64,000 nucleotides of DNA. It comes from an uncultured bacterium. GTDB taxonomy: Bacteria; Krumholzibacteriota; Krumholzibacteriia; JACNKJ01. Position numbers and translations under genes: made by a program. Below are positions 1-11,639 of this stretch, piece after piece. The DNA lies in contig CAVOFT010000001.1 in assembly GCA_963695095.1 (NCBI GenBank), positions 960,001 through 1,024,000 of the forward strand. The letters are read 5' to 3'. Positions within the stretch are counted from its first letter, which is position 1. The number at the start of each line of letters is the position of its first letter. The notes under the pieces were generated by a model. The model was given only the letters and a program-made list of their open reading frames with translations, was not told the DNA's origin and did not search any database.

Positions 1-197
1 CCGCCCAAGGGCAGGCCGTTCGTGGGGCGCAAGGTCCAGGTGACGCGGCAGGGCTGGCCCACGGGGATGTGGTAGTCGGCGTCCGCGAAGGCACGGGTGA
101 CCGCCACCTCGCCGGCCTGGGGCCACTGGGCAGCCAGCGCCGGGGGCGCGAAGAGGGCCAGTATGAACAAGGCGGTCAGGATTCTGCGCAGGGCCAT
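1..197 (-). CDS. Secreted hypothetical protein, N-terminal part (continues beyond window start)
   Basis: Manual translation of reverse strand: MALRRILTALFILALFAPPALAAQWPQAGEVAVTRAF..., preceded by AAGGAG RBS; signal-peptide-like N-terminus; not in ORF track. Confidence 0.7.
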   Translation of the reverse strand, partial: MALRRILTALFILALFAPPALAAQWPQAGEVAVTRAFADADYHIPVGQPCRVTWTLRPTNGLPLG

Positions 198-390
198 GAC
201 GCTCCTTTATCCCGTGATGATCGCGACGCTGATGCGATGCGGGGCAGGCGTCCAGTGGCGGCAGGCGAGGCGCCGGCGGCCACTGACGGCCTCCTCCCAG
301 CACCTCCCCCAACGACAGGGAGCAAAGGGTGGACCACGATCCCCGGAATTGCAAGGCTTCATGTGCCCGCTTGGGGCCGTGAAGGGCGCT

Positions 391-419
391 TTGAGGCGGC
401 GGCGGGCCTGTGCTAAGCT
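391..419 (+). promoter_or_regulatory. Putative sigma-70 promoter for lonC operon
   Basis: TTGAGG-17 bp-TAAGCT with TG extended -10 motif. Confidence 0.45.
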
Positions 420-463
420 GCCGCCCGGCCACGGGAAAGCCGACCCCGCGGTCCGGAGGCCCC

Positions 464-2950
464 ATGCCCGAAAAGCCCGTTCGCCATCGCCTTGCCCCCG
501 AGCGGCTGCGCTGGACCTGCGATCCGGCCGACCTGCCCAAGGTGGGCGACGGCGCCCGCGCCTCCCTGGAGATCATCGGCCAGGACCGCGCTCTCGACGC
601 CCTGCGCATGGGCCTGGAGATCCGCCGGCCGGGCTACCACATCTTCGTGACGGGCACGGAGGGCACGGGCCGCACCACCACCATCCGCCGCGTGCTCGCC
701 GATCATCGGCGCCGCGGCGAGCTGCCCTGCGACCTCTGCTACGTGCACAACTTCCAGGTGGCCGAGCAGCCCCTGCTGCTGAGCTTTCCGGCCGGCGTCG
801 GCTGCGACTTCAAGTCCCGCATCGAGCGCATGACGAGCAGTCTGCGCCGCCACATCCCGCAGCTCTATCGCGGCGAGAACTTCCAGAAGAAGATGGCCGC
901 CGTCGAGCGCCGCTACAGCAAGGCCCAGAGCGACGGCGTGCAGGCCTTCGCCGAGCGGGCCCGACGCAGCGGCTTCAACCTGGTGGAAGTGCAGAGCGGG
1001 CCCTACATCCGGCCCGAGCTGCACGCCCGCGTCGGCGAGGAGGAGTACGACGTCGCCGAGCTGGGCCAGCTCGTGGAGGAGGGCCGCCTCGAGGCCCGCG
1101 CGGCCGCGCGCCTGGAGCGGCGCTACCACGTGCTCTCCAACGAGCTGCGCGCGCTGGTCCGCGCCAACTCCCGCCTGGACGAGGCCTTCCGCGAGGAGCG
1201 CGGCAACCTGGCCCAGGCGGTGATCCTCCCCCTCATCCACGACACCGTCGAGCTGCTCAAGACGCGCTTCGACGACCCCGCCGTGCACGCCTACCTCGAG
1301 CGGCTCGAGCAGGCCCTGGTGGGCGCGCCCTGGCTGCCCCGCGAAGCGAGCGGCGACGAGGACGACGACGAGGAGGCCGAGGACCGCGAGCAGAGCTTCG
1401 CCCGCTTCGGCGTCAATCTGCTCGTGGACAACGGCGAGCGACAGGAGGCGCCGGTCATCATCGAGACGGCGCCGACCTTCCAGAATCTCTTCGGCAACAT
1501 CGAGCCCGCCTTCTCCAGCCGCGGCGTGCCCAGCTTCGACTACCGCCAGATCAAGGCCGGCTCCCTGGTGCGCGCCCAGGGTGGCACCCTGGTGATCATG
1601 GCCCAGGACCTGCTGGAGGAGCCCCTGGTCTGGCCCACGCTCAAGCGCGGGCTGCGCAACCGCAAGCTCGAGATCCAGGCCTACGACCCGCAGAACCGCA
1701 TGGTGGTGGGCCCGCTCAAGCCCCAGCCCATCGATCTCGACCTCAAGGTGATCCTGGTCGGCGACTCGCGGCTCTACAACGCGCTGCTGCAGGGCGACCC
1801 CGACCTGCAGCGCGTCTTCCGCATCAAGGTGGACTTCGAGACCGACATGCCGCGCAACCGCGGCAACATGCGTCGCTATCTCAATTTCATCGACAAGGTC
1901 TGCCAGCAGGACGAGCTGCTCACGCTCACGCCCCGGGCCCGCGCCGGCGTGCTCGAGCAGGGCGCGCGTCTGGCCGGGCGGCAGGACCGCCTCTCGACGC
2001 GCTTCAGCAGCATCGTCGACCTGCTCATCGAGAGCGACTACTTCGCCCGCCGCGACGGCGCGCGCCTGGTGCACGTCGAGCACGTGGACCGCGCCCTGGC
2101 CGAGCGGGACCGCCGCCTGGGCACGCTGGAGGAGCAGTTCCACAAGATGGTGCGCGACGGCGGCCTGATGATCAGCACCAAGGGCAGCGCCGTGGGCCAG
2201 GTGAACGGCCTCTTCTTCGTGGAGCACTGGGACTACGCCTTCGGCCAGCCCGTGCGCATCACGGCGAGCTGCTCGCTCGGCGAGGGGGACATCCTCAGCA
2301 TCGAACGCGAAGTCGAGATGAGCGGCGCCTCCTTCGACAAGGGCCACATGACCCTCGAGGGCTTCCTGCGCCAGCGCTTCGCCCATGACAAGCCGCTTCG
2401 CCTGCACGCGACGCTCTCCTGTGAGCAGAATTACATGGGCATCGACGGCGACAGCGCCAGCGTCTCGGAGATCTTCGCCCTCATGAGCGCGCTGGCGGGG
2501 CTGCCCCTCAGCCAGTCCCTGGCCGTGACCGGCTCCGTCAACCAGTTCGGCGAGGTGCAGCCGGTGGGCGGCGTCATCCAGAAGGTGGAGGGCTTCTTCA
2601 AGATCTGCCGCGAGCGGGGGCTCAGCGGCGAGCAGGGCGTGATCATCCCGGCGGCGAACGCGAAGGATCTCATGCTGGACAAGGAGATCGTCGCCGCCGC
2701 CCGCGCCGGGAAGTGGCACATCTACGCGATCCGCACCGTCGACGAGGGCCTGGAGCTGCTGACCGGCGTGCCGGCGGGCAAGCGGCGGGCGAATGGCAGC
2801 TGGCCCACCGACAGCGTGAACGGGCGCGTCGATGCGCGCCTGCTCGAGATGGCGCTCACCTTACAGCATTTCAGCGACGACGCGCCCGGGGCGGCGCCCG
2901 TCCAGCCGCCGGAGGAGCGGCCGCGGCGGGCCGCGCGCAGCCCGCGCTAG
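464..2950 (+). CDS. Lon-like S16 protease, LonC type (AAA-like domain probably ATPase-inactive)
   Basis: IIGQDRAL N-terminal motif; Walker A GTEGTGRTT; no acidic Walker B; C-terminal Lon protease motifs IDGDSAS and GGVIQKVEG (Ser-Lys dyad); GGAGG RBS before ATG 464. Confidence 0.9.
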   Translation: MPEKPVRHRLAPERLRWTCDPADLPKVGDGARASLEIIGQDRALDALRMGLEIRRPGYHIFVTGTEGTGRTTTIRRVLADHRRRGELPCDLCYVHNFQVAEQPLLLSFPAGVGCDFKSRIERMTSSLRRHIPQLYRGENFQKKMAAVERRYSKAQSDGVQAFAERARRSGFNLVEVQSGPYIRPELHARVGEEEYDVAELGQLVEEGRLEARAAARLERRYHVLSNELRALVRANSRLDEAFREERGNLAQAVILPLIHDTVELLKTRFDDPAVHAYLERLEQALVGAPWLPREASGDEDDDEEAEDREQSFARFGVNLLVDNGERQEAPVIIETAPTFQNLFGNIEPAFSSRGVPSFDYRQIKAGSLVRAQGGTLVIMAQDLLEEPLVWPTLKRGLRNRKLEIQAYDPQNRMVVGPLKPQPIDLDLKVILVGDSRLYNALLQGDPDLQRVFRIKVDFETDMPRNRGNMRRYLNFIDKVCQQDELLTLTPRARAGVLEQGARLAGRQDRLSTRFSSIVDLLIESDYFARRDGARLVHVEHVDRALAERDRRLGTLEEQFHKMVRDGGLMISTKGSAVGQVNGLFFVEHWDYAFGQPVRITASCSLGEGDILSIEREVEMSGASFDKGHMTLEGFLRQRFAHDKPLRLHATLSCEQNYMGIDGDSASVSEIFALMSALAGLPLSQSLAVTGSVNQFGEVQPVGGVIQKVEGFFKICRERGLSGEQGVIIPAANAKDLMLDKEIVAAARAGKWHIYAIRTVDEGLELLTGVPAGKRRANGSWPTDSVNGRVDARLLEMALTLQHFSDDAPGAAPVQPPEERPRRAARSPR

Positions 2951-2959
2951 AGGAGGAAC

Positions 2960-4066
<1,107 letters not shown>

Positions 4067-4083
4067 GCGCGGCGGGAGCGGGA

Positions 4084-5049
4084 ATGGGCATCCTCCTGGG
4101 CCTCGATGTCGGCGGCACCAACGTGAAGGCCGTGCTTGCCGCCACGGACGGGAGCCGGCGCCGGCGGGCGCGCTGGGCCACGGCCGCCCTCGGCGACTCC
4201 CCGGCGGCGGCCCTGGCCGGCCTGGAGACGCGCATCCGCGCCCTGCTCGCCCGCGAGCATCTGGCGCCCGAGGCCCTCGCCGGCCTCGGCCTGGCCTGCG
4301 CCGGGCTCATCGACGGCGCCAGCGGGCGCCTGCTCGCAGCGCCGAACCTGCGCCGCTGGGAGGGCGCGCCGCTGGGCGACTGGCTGGCCGCGCGCTTCCC
4401 CTGCCCGGTCGCCATCGAGAACGACGTCAATGCCCTGGCTTACGGCGAGTGGCGCCTGGGCGCGGGCCGCGGCGCGCGGCACCTCGTCTGCCTGGCTCTG
4501 GGCACGGGGGTGGGCGGGGGCCTCATCCTCGACGGCGCGCTCTATCGCGGGCAGCGCGGACTGGCCGCGGAGCTGGGCCACATGGTCATCGCGCGCGATG
4601 GCCGGCGCTGCCCCTGCGGCAGTCGCGGCTGCCTGGAGGCTTACGCCGGGGCCCGCGCCATCACGGCGGCCGCGCGGCGCGCCCTGGCCCGCCGTGCGCC
4701 CGGGCACCGCGAGCTGGCCCGGCTGCTCGGCGGGGACGCGCCCGCGCCGCGGGCGCTCCACGCCGCCGCCCGCGCCGGCAGCGGCCTGGCCCGGGAACTG
4801 CTGGCCGAGGCCGGGCGTGCCCTCGGCGTGGGCATCGCCAGTTGCATCAACGCCTTCGCTCCAGACTGCATCGTCGTGGCCGGCGGCGTGGCCGGAGCCG
4901 GCAAGGCCCTGCTCGGCCCGGCGCGCGCCGAGGCCGCCGCACGGCTGATGGACCCCGAGCACCAGCGCCTCGACCTGCGCCTGCGCACCCTCGGCGACGA
5001 CGGCGCCGCCCTCGGCGCCGCCCTGCTGGCGGCGGAGCGAGACGCATGA
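4084..5049 (+). CDS. ROK family sugar kinase (glucokinase-like)
   Basis: GLDVGGT, ENDVN, LGTGVGGG, ELGH, CPCGSRGCLE motifs. Confidence 0.93.
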   Translation: MGILLGLDVGGTNVKAVLAATDGSRRRRARWATAALGDSPAAALAGLETRIRALLAREHLAPEALAGLGLACAGLIDGASGRLLAAPNLRRWEGAPLGDWLAARFPCPVAIENDVNALAYGEWRLGAGRGARHLVCLALGTGVGGGLILDGALYRGQRGLAAELGHMVIARDGRRCPCGSRGCLEAYAGARAITAAARRALARRAPGHRELARLLGGDAPAPRALHAAARAGSGLARELLAEAGRALGVGIASCINAFAPDCIVVAGGVAGAGKALLGPARAEAAARLMDPEHQRLDLRLRTLGDDGAALGAALLAAERDA

Positions 5050-8000
5050 AAGGCTCGCTCGCCGCGCTGCTGGGCGCGCTCGTCCTGGCAGGCGCGGCCG
5101 GCGCCGCCGGGCAGGAGCCGCGCGCGCGGGTCTTCAACTGGCGCGGCGACGACCTGGAGCACCAGCGCCGCGGCGAGGTGAGCATCACCCAGCTCACCAA
5201 CTTCTGGTGCCAGTCGGACAGCCTGGTGGTCACCGCCGAGCTCGCCGAGCGGCGCGTGGACGCGGCGGCGGCGACCGACGAGTTCTCCCTGCGCGGCAAC
5301 GTGGTGGCCGTCGAAGGCGCCACCCGCATCGTCGGCGAGACCGGCCACTACGACCGCCACCGCGACGTCGCCACCGTGAGCGGCGCCGTCACGATCAACG
5401 ACGCCGCCACGGTGATCCACTGCGCGGAGGCCGTCTACGAACGCGGCGCGCAGCTCATCCACCTGGTGGGCGATGTCGACATCGCCCAGGGGGAGAGCCG
5501 CCTCCGGGCCCAGCGGGTGATCTACCACCGCGCCACCGGCTTCGCCGAGGCCTTCGACGATGTGGAGCTCTCCGAGCAGGGCGGCGACACCGTTCTGCGC
5601 GGCCAGCACGGCAGCTACGACCGCGAGCGCGACCAGGCGGAGATGGACGCCTCTCCCCACCTGCTGCGCGCGAGCGCGGGCGACACCGTCCAGGTGACCG
5701 CCGCCCGCATGCGCCAGCTGCGCGCCGACAGCCTGGCCATCGCCGTGGGCGACGTGCGCTACCTGCGTGGCCCCACGGAGGCCCTATGCGACTCCGCGCT
5801 CTTCTACCAGGCGGAGGATCGCCTGCTGCTCTTCGGCGAGCCGCGCGTGCTGCGCAGCGGCAGCACCCTGGCGGGCGACACGCTGGAGCTCTTCTTCGCC
5901 GGCGGCGAGATCCAGCGCATGAACATCAATGGCCGGGCGCGCTTCCGCGACCGGCCCGCCGATACCCGCGTCTTCCCCGGCCAGCAGAGCGAAATCCGGG
6001 GCGATCGCTTCCGCATCCACTTCCGAAGCGGCGAGATCAGCAGCGTCGAAGTGCAGGGCTCACCCAGCAGCACCTACATTCCGCCGCTGGGCGCCGACGG
6101 GCGCGCCGCGATCAACGAGGCCGCAGGCGACTCCATGCTCCTGCGCTTCAGCGCCGACGATCTGGACGAGGTGCGCATCTTCGGCAGTGCGTCCGGACGC
6201 TACCGCTACCTCGACGACTGGCCGGCCCGCTGGGCCGTGGCGGACAGCGCCGCGCCAGCATCGCGGACAGCGCCGCCGCCAGCATCGCCGACAGCGCCGC
6301 CGCCAGCATCGCCGACAGCGCCGGCGCTGCCGCGCGCTTCGCGACGCTAGCGGCCGTGATCGAGTACAAGGCCGACGACATCATCTACCAGGCCGTGCAG
6401 GAGCGCGCCTACCTGGAAGGCGAGGCGGAGGTGGCCAGCCCCGACTTCACCCTGCAAGCGCGGGCCATTCGCTTCGATGCGCGCGATGACTTCCTCGACG
6501 CCCGCGGCGAGCCCGTGCTCATCGACGAGGGCGATCAGCTCTACGGCAGCCTGATGGAGTACGCGATCGACGAGAAGGTCGGCCTCGTGCACAGTGGCAC
6601 GACGCGCTACGGCGAGGGCTTCTACGCTGGCGAACGCCTGAAGAAGAAGCCCGACGGCCGTGTGAACGCCTACGCCTGCACCTACACCACCTGCGATCTC
6701 GCGGAGCCGCACTTCCACTTCAAGGTCGATCGCATGACGATCCAGACTCGCGACAAGATCGTCGGCGCGCCCGTTCGCTTCTACCTGGGGGACATCCCCC
6801 TCTTCTACCTGCCCTACCTGTTCAACGACCTCAAGCGCGGCCGGCGCTCGGGCTTCCTGCAGCCGGATTTCGAGTTCGGCATCACCCTGAGCGAGAACAA
6901 GCCGCAGCGCTTCGTGCGCGACCTCGGCTACTACTGGGCCGCCAGCGACTACTACGACCTCACCCTGCGCGGCAACTTCGAGGAGCGGCGGTCGCTGTTC
7001 GGCACCCTGGGCATGCGCTACTACCAGCGCTATTTCCTGGGCGGCTCGGTCAACAGCAACCTCAGCTACGACGCGCGCCGCGATCTGGTCAGCGACGCCT
7101 TCTCCTGGGGCCTGCACGGCACCCACAACCAGGAGCTGGACGAGCGGACGCGGCTGAACGCCAATATCGACTTCGTCAGCAGCGAGGCCCTGCGCGACAT
7201 CGACAACTACACGGTCGAGCAGACCATCAACCAGCGGCTCACCTCCAATGCCGCGCTGAGCCGCAAGTGGGACAACCTCTCGCTGAACAGCAGCTACAAG
7301 CGCACGCAGATTCTCAATCAAGAGGACGACGATCCGGCGACGGACAATCTCCTGGTCGAGGAGACGACGCCGGTGTCGCTGAGCGCGACGCCGCTGCCGC
7401 TGTTGCCCGGCCTGAGCGGGCGCGACGGCCTGCGCGGAGCGCTGGCGGGGCTCAAGCTGACGCCGCGGCTGTCCTACACGCGCAACAGCAAGCGCTACGA
7501 GACGCGCCGGCTGGTCACCGAGTCGGCGTCCACGGGCAGCAGCCTCGGCTTCAGCTTCAAGGTCGGCTTGTTCACGCTGAGGCCGGGCTTGAGCGCCTCG
7601 GAGAACTGGAATCGCAGCAGCGCGCCGGTGACGGTGACGGGACTGGCGCCCTTCGGCAAGCTGACGGGGTTCGCCGACGGCGTCAGTCCGCTCTCGCCGG
7701 CCGGCGAGAGCGCTGCGCTGGCGACGGTCACCGGCACCGCCGATCGGGACGGCGAATTCAGCCACCGCTGGACGGCGAGCACGGCCATCTCGACCAAGTT
7801 CTTCGGGCTCTTCTACCCGCAGATCGGCCGGCTGACCGGAATCCGCCACACGGTGTCGCCCGCCGCGACCTGGAACTATGCGGAGTCGCGCGGCAAGACC
7901 TTCGCCGTCGGCCGCAGCATCAGCCTGTCGCTCGACAACAGCCTCGATCTCAAGCTGGGCGAAGGGGAGACGGTCGAGCGCAAGACCGGAGTCGCCAACT

Positions 8001-8701
8001 GGAGCCTGAGCACCGGCTACGACCTGACCAAGCAGTCCACCGAGCAGCCCTGGAGCGCGCTGAGCAGCAGCTGGCAACTCAATCCCCTGCCCAACTTCAG
8101 CCTGGCGCTGCGCCAATCCTACGATCTCAACCACGGGGAGAAGCTCGGCACCACGCTCTCGGGCAATGTCTCCTTCAACGGCAGCTTCAGCTACGGCGGC
8201 ATCGAGCGCCGCGAGCAGATGCGCAACGTGGTGCTCCAGCGCGAGGGCGAGACGGCAGCCCCGAGCGAGCCGGCCGCCGCCGAGCCGGCGGGCTTCGATC
8301 CCAACGCGCCCCTGCACGAGGACGGCCCCCCGCTGCCGCGGCAGGAGCCGGGCGCCGCCGCCGCCGGCCCGGGCGGCAGCCAGCGCTGGAACCTGTCCAG
8401 CAGCTTCACGTTGAACCGCACTCGTAGCAGTTCGCCCAGCCCCACGGTCAATCTGGGTGGCCGGGTGGATCTTACGGACAATTGGAGCCTGGACTATCGA
8501 ACCAGCTTGAATCTCGCGGATGGGGTGCTCGGCACGCAGTCGATCCACCTGACGCGCAATCTGCACTGCTGGGAAGCCTCATTCTCGCGACTTGTCTTCC
8601 AGGGTAGGGAGCAGTACTATTTCCGCATCTACTTGAAGGCACATCCTGACGATATCAAGCTCGAATCGGGCGATCGCGGCGCGGGTTACGGAGGCTTCTA
8701 G
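5046..8701 (+). CDS. lptD: OstA/LptA-repeat plus LptD-type LPS assembly outer-membrane protein; one frameshift near 6250
   Basis: Signal peptide MKGSLAALL... (ATGA overlap with ROK stop); OstA-like beta-jellyroll repeats; YTTCDL..PHF and RRSGFL motifs; C-terminal RNLHCWE typical of FCB-type LptD; the two ORFs join if one base is restored in a 24-nt repeat. Confidence 0.85.
6240..6322 (+). repeat. 24-nt tandem repeat (about 3.5 copies) encoding an ADSAAASI linker
   Basis: gc(g/c)gacagcgccgccgccagcatc units; the first copy is 23 nt, which causes the frameshift. Confidence 0.9.
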
Positions 8702-8738
8702 GCACGCCGGCTGCTGCGCTCGACCGGAGAGGATCGCG

Positions 8739-9032
8739 ATGAACAAGGCTGAACTCATCGATCGCCTGGCTGCGGCCAGCGGTCTCGCCGTGAAGGACGC
8801 GCGGAGCGCCGTGGACCACCTGTTCGCCACGGATCCCCGCAACGGCGTCATTGCCAATGCCCTTGCCGGTGGCGAGAAGGTGCAGATCACCGGCTTCGGC
8901 ACCTTCGAACTGCGCCAGCGCAAGGCGCGCACCGGGCGCAACCCACGCACGGGCGAAGAAATCGCCATTGCCGCGAGCCGAGCGCCGGCGTTCTCGGCCG
9001 GCAAGAGCTTCAAGGAACGCTACAACGACTGA
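8739..9032 (+). CDS. hup: HU family DNA-binding protein
   Basis: MNKAELI...GFGTF...RTGRNPRTGE...PAFSAGKSFK. Confidence 0.95.
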   Translation: MNKAELIDRLAAASGLAVKDARSAVDHLFATDPRNGVIANALAGGEKVQITGFGTFELRQRKARTGRNPRTGEEIAIAASRAPAFSAGKSFKERYND

Positions 9033-9077
9033 CCCGATGCGCGGGTTGGAGATGCAAGCAAGGAGAGTGGAGTGACC

Positions 9078-10430
9078 ATGCATAGCCTGCGAAGCCGCCT
9101 CAGCGGGGGCGGACTTGTGCTGCTAGCCATCCTCAGTGCCGGCGGGCTGCGCGCGGCGCTTGCCGACGTGGACGTGGTGATCGGCTACGAGACGCGCGCC
9201 ATCGGCGAACTCGACGAGTGTGGCTGAAAGAGCAAGCAGAAAGGCGGCGCTGCCCGGCGGGCGGCGCTTATCGAGACCCTGCGTGAAGAGAACGAGCACG
9301 TGCTGATCCTCAGCGGGGGCGACAACATCTCCAATCAAGCGGATCGACAGTGGGAGCGGCAGTCGCGCCTGCTGATGGATCTCCTGGGCGACATGGGCCT
9401 CGACGCGACGGCCGTGCAGGCCCAGGACCTGCTGCTGGGCCTGGACGTCCTGCAGGGTTTCGGCGCGCAGGAAGGCTACGCGCTGCTCTGTGGCAACCTC
9501 ATGGACGGCAGCGGCAAGGCGGTGTTTCCGAGCTACCGGATCTTCGAACTCGGCGGCAAGAAACTCGGCGTGCTGGCGGTGACGGACCCTCGGCTTCAGC
9601 ACGGGGTGCAGAAGATGCCGGCCGGGCTCACCTTCGCCGATCCCGGGCCGGTGATGGAGGCCGGCGTGCGCGCGCTGCGCGAGCATGAGGGCTGCGCGGC
9701 CGTTGTGCTGCTCTACGGCGGCCGGCGCGAGCAGGCGCTCGAGGCCTGCAAGACCTTGACTGGCGTCGACCTGATCTTCTTCGGCAACTCGACGATCAGC
9801 CAGCGGGTGCCGACCGAGACGGAGTCGGGCGTGCCCGTCTACACGGCGGGAAATCGGGGCAAGGACTTCGGGGAGATCCAGCTGACGCTGAAGGATGATG
9901 GGTCGGTGGCGCTGTCACCGATGCAGATCCACGAGCTGGACAAGAACTACCCGGAGCAGCCGGAGGTGGCGGCGCGCGTGGCGGCCCTGAAGGCGGAGCT
10001 GGATGCGGAGAAGCAGCGAACGCAGCTGATCGAGCAGCTGGCGCGGCAGACCAGCGAGACGGAGGTGACGGAGGCCTTTCTCGGCTCGGAGACCTGCAAG
10101 CGCTGCCACGAGGCGGAGTACACGTCGTTCATGGCCACCGCGCACGCCCAGGCGCTGGCGAGCCTGGAGCACGACTTCCAGGACAACAACCCGGACTGCG
10201 TGAGCTGCCATGTGACGGGCTGGCAGCAGCCGGGAGGCTACGGACTGGATGCGGTGAACCGGAACAAGCTGAAGGGCGTCCAGTGCGAGGCCTGCCACGG
10301 CTATGGAACGACGCACGCGCGGAACCAGCCGGCAGCGAGCGAACCGGCCGCGATGTGCCTGCGTTGCCATGATGCGGCCAACAGCCCCGAGTTCAACTAC
10401 AAGCGCTACTGGGAGAAGATCAAGCACTAG
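9078..10430 (+). CDS. UshA-like (seleno)protein fused to a tetraheme cytochrome c554-like domain; Sec predicted at TGA 9225-9227
   Basis: ATG 9078 and signal peptide are in frame with ORF 9300-10430 across one TGA in ELDECG-U-KSKQKGGAARR; GGDN motif; four CxxCH motifs; hairpin after TGA. Confidence 0.85.
9246..9268 (+). promoter_or_regulatory. Putative bacterial SECIS hairpin
   Basis: GGCGCUGCCC-GGC-GGGCGGCGCU stem-loop; loop starts with G about 28 nt after the UGA. Confidence 0.65.
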
Positions 10431-10441
10431 GGGAGAGGGCC

Positions 10442-11137
10442 GTGCGCGCTGTCTGCGGGGTCCTGACGGCCTTGCTGTTCCTCGGTCTCATCGATGCCCG
10501 GCAGAGCGAGGCGAGCGGCCCGCTCCCGCCGGGCTTCTTCATGGAGTACCGCGTCGAGTCCTTCAGCGAAGGCCGCCGCAGCGAGGAGCGCTTTCGCCTC
10601 GTCGTGCGGGAGGCCCTCGACGCCGATCGCCGCTTGCTCGAACTTAGCCTGGATAGCGGCAGCGCCTACCGCGCCGTCTATCAGGCAGGTGGGGGGGGGC
10701 AGGGCCCCTTTGCCGTGGAGCGCTTCGAACGCGTCGAGGGCCTGCAGGACGGCCAGTGGCAGCCGCTGGTCCCGGCGGAGATCGAGCTGCTCACCCTCCT
10801 GGCCGACATGCAGGACCGCATCGAGCGCGGCCACGCCGAGGCGGACAGCAGCATCTCGGTGGGCGGTCGCGCCTGGCCTGCCCAGCGCTACAGCCTGACC
10901 GACAGCAGCGCCACCGTCCAGCGCAGCGCCAGCGTGACGCTCACCCGGCAAGTGCTGGCCCGTGGCACGGCCTGGGTCGCCGCCGATCTCCCCTTCGGCG
11001 GCTGGATTCGCTTCGAGGAGGAGCGGCAAGCGCGCAAGATCTCGGAGCTCGGCGGTCGCCGCTTCGTCGGCGAGCTGGAGACCAGCCGCGAGCTCTGGAC
11101 CCTCGTGGCGCTGAGTCCGGCTGCTCTCAACAAGTAA
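10442..11137 (+). CDS. Secreted hypothetical protein
   Basis: GTG start after GGAGAG; hydrophobic signal peptide; host-like codon usage. Confidence 0.65.
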   Translation: MRAVCGVLTALLFLGLIDARQSEASGPLPPGFFMEYRVESFSEGRRSEERFRLVVREALDADRRLLELSLDSGSAYRAVYQAGGGGQGPFAVERFERVEGLQDGQWQPLVPAEIELLTLLADMQDRIERGHAEADSSISVGGRAWPAQRYSLTDSSATVQRSASVTLTRQVLARGTAWVAADLPFGGWIRFEEERQARKISELGGRRFVGELETSRELWTLVALSPAALNK

Positions 11138-11248
11138 AGCGGGTGGTGGGGGTGGCGAGCGGGAAGCCCGCCGGCAGGCCAGGCAGAGCTGGCCGCAGCC
11201 GCCCCGCCGAGCAGCCGCCCGGGGCCCTGCAAGCCGCCGCCAATCCCC

Positions 11249-11277
11249 TTGACAAGTTCTTGACGATTCGCTAGGGT
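11249..11277 (+). promoter_or_regulatory. Putative sigma-70 promoter
   Basis: TTGACA-17 bp-TAGGGT. Confidence 0.55.
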
Positions 11278-11399
11278 GGCTACAAGCTGTAGGGGCCCTA
11301 TCGTTCCAATTGAGGGGTCGCCTACCATATCTAGGGTGAGATCTAGGGTGAGAGAAATCACCCCGTGACGAGTCATTACTCAAAGGGAAGGGTGAGCCA

Positions 11400-11612
11400 A
11401 TGAGTAATACGAATCCGGGCGTTGCCACGTCGACCTTTTTGGAACGTGAGCTGGATTCAAACAAGAAATACGTCAAGTTCCACAAGCTGCTTGCCAAGGC
11501 CGAAAAGGAGGGCCGGATCGACGGACGCTATGCCTGTCCGGTATGTGGCATGCGCTTCATGGTCTGGGATGAAGCGGACACCTGCTGCAAGCAACTGCCG
11601 GGCATGAAGTAG
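11400..11612 (+). CDS. Small Cys-rich putative zinc-binding protein
   Basis: YACPVCGM...DTCC. Confidence 0.7.
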   Translation: MSNTNPGVATSTFLERELDSNKKYVKFHKLLAKAEKEGRIDGRYACPVCGMRFMVWDEADTCCKQLPGMK

Positions 11613-11639
11613 GTCGGCGATCGCGGAGAAGGGATTTCC

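Noticed and set aside
6240..6322. CRISPR array
   Set aside because: Contiguous coding tandem repeats without spacers; no cas genes in the window
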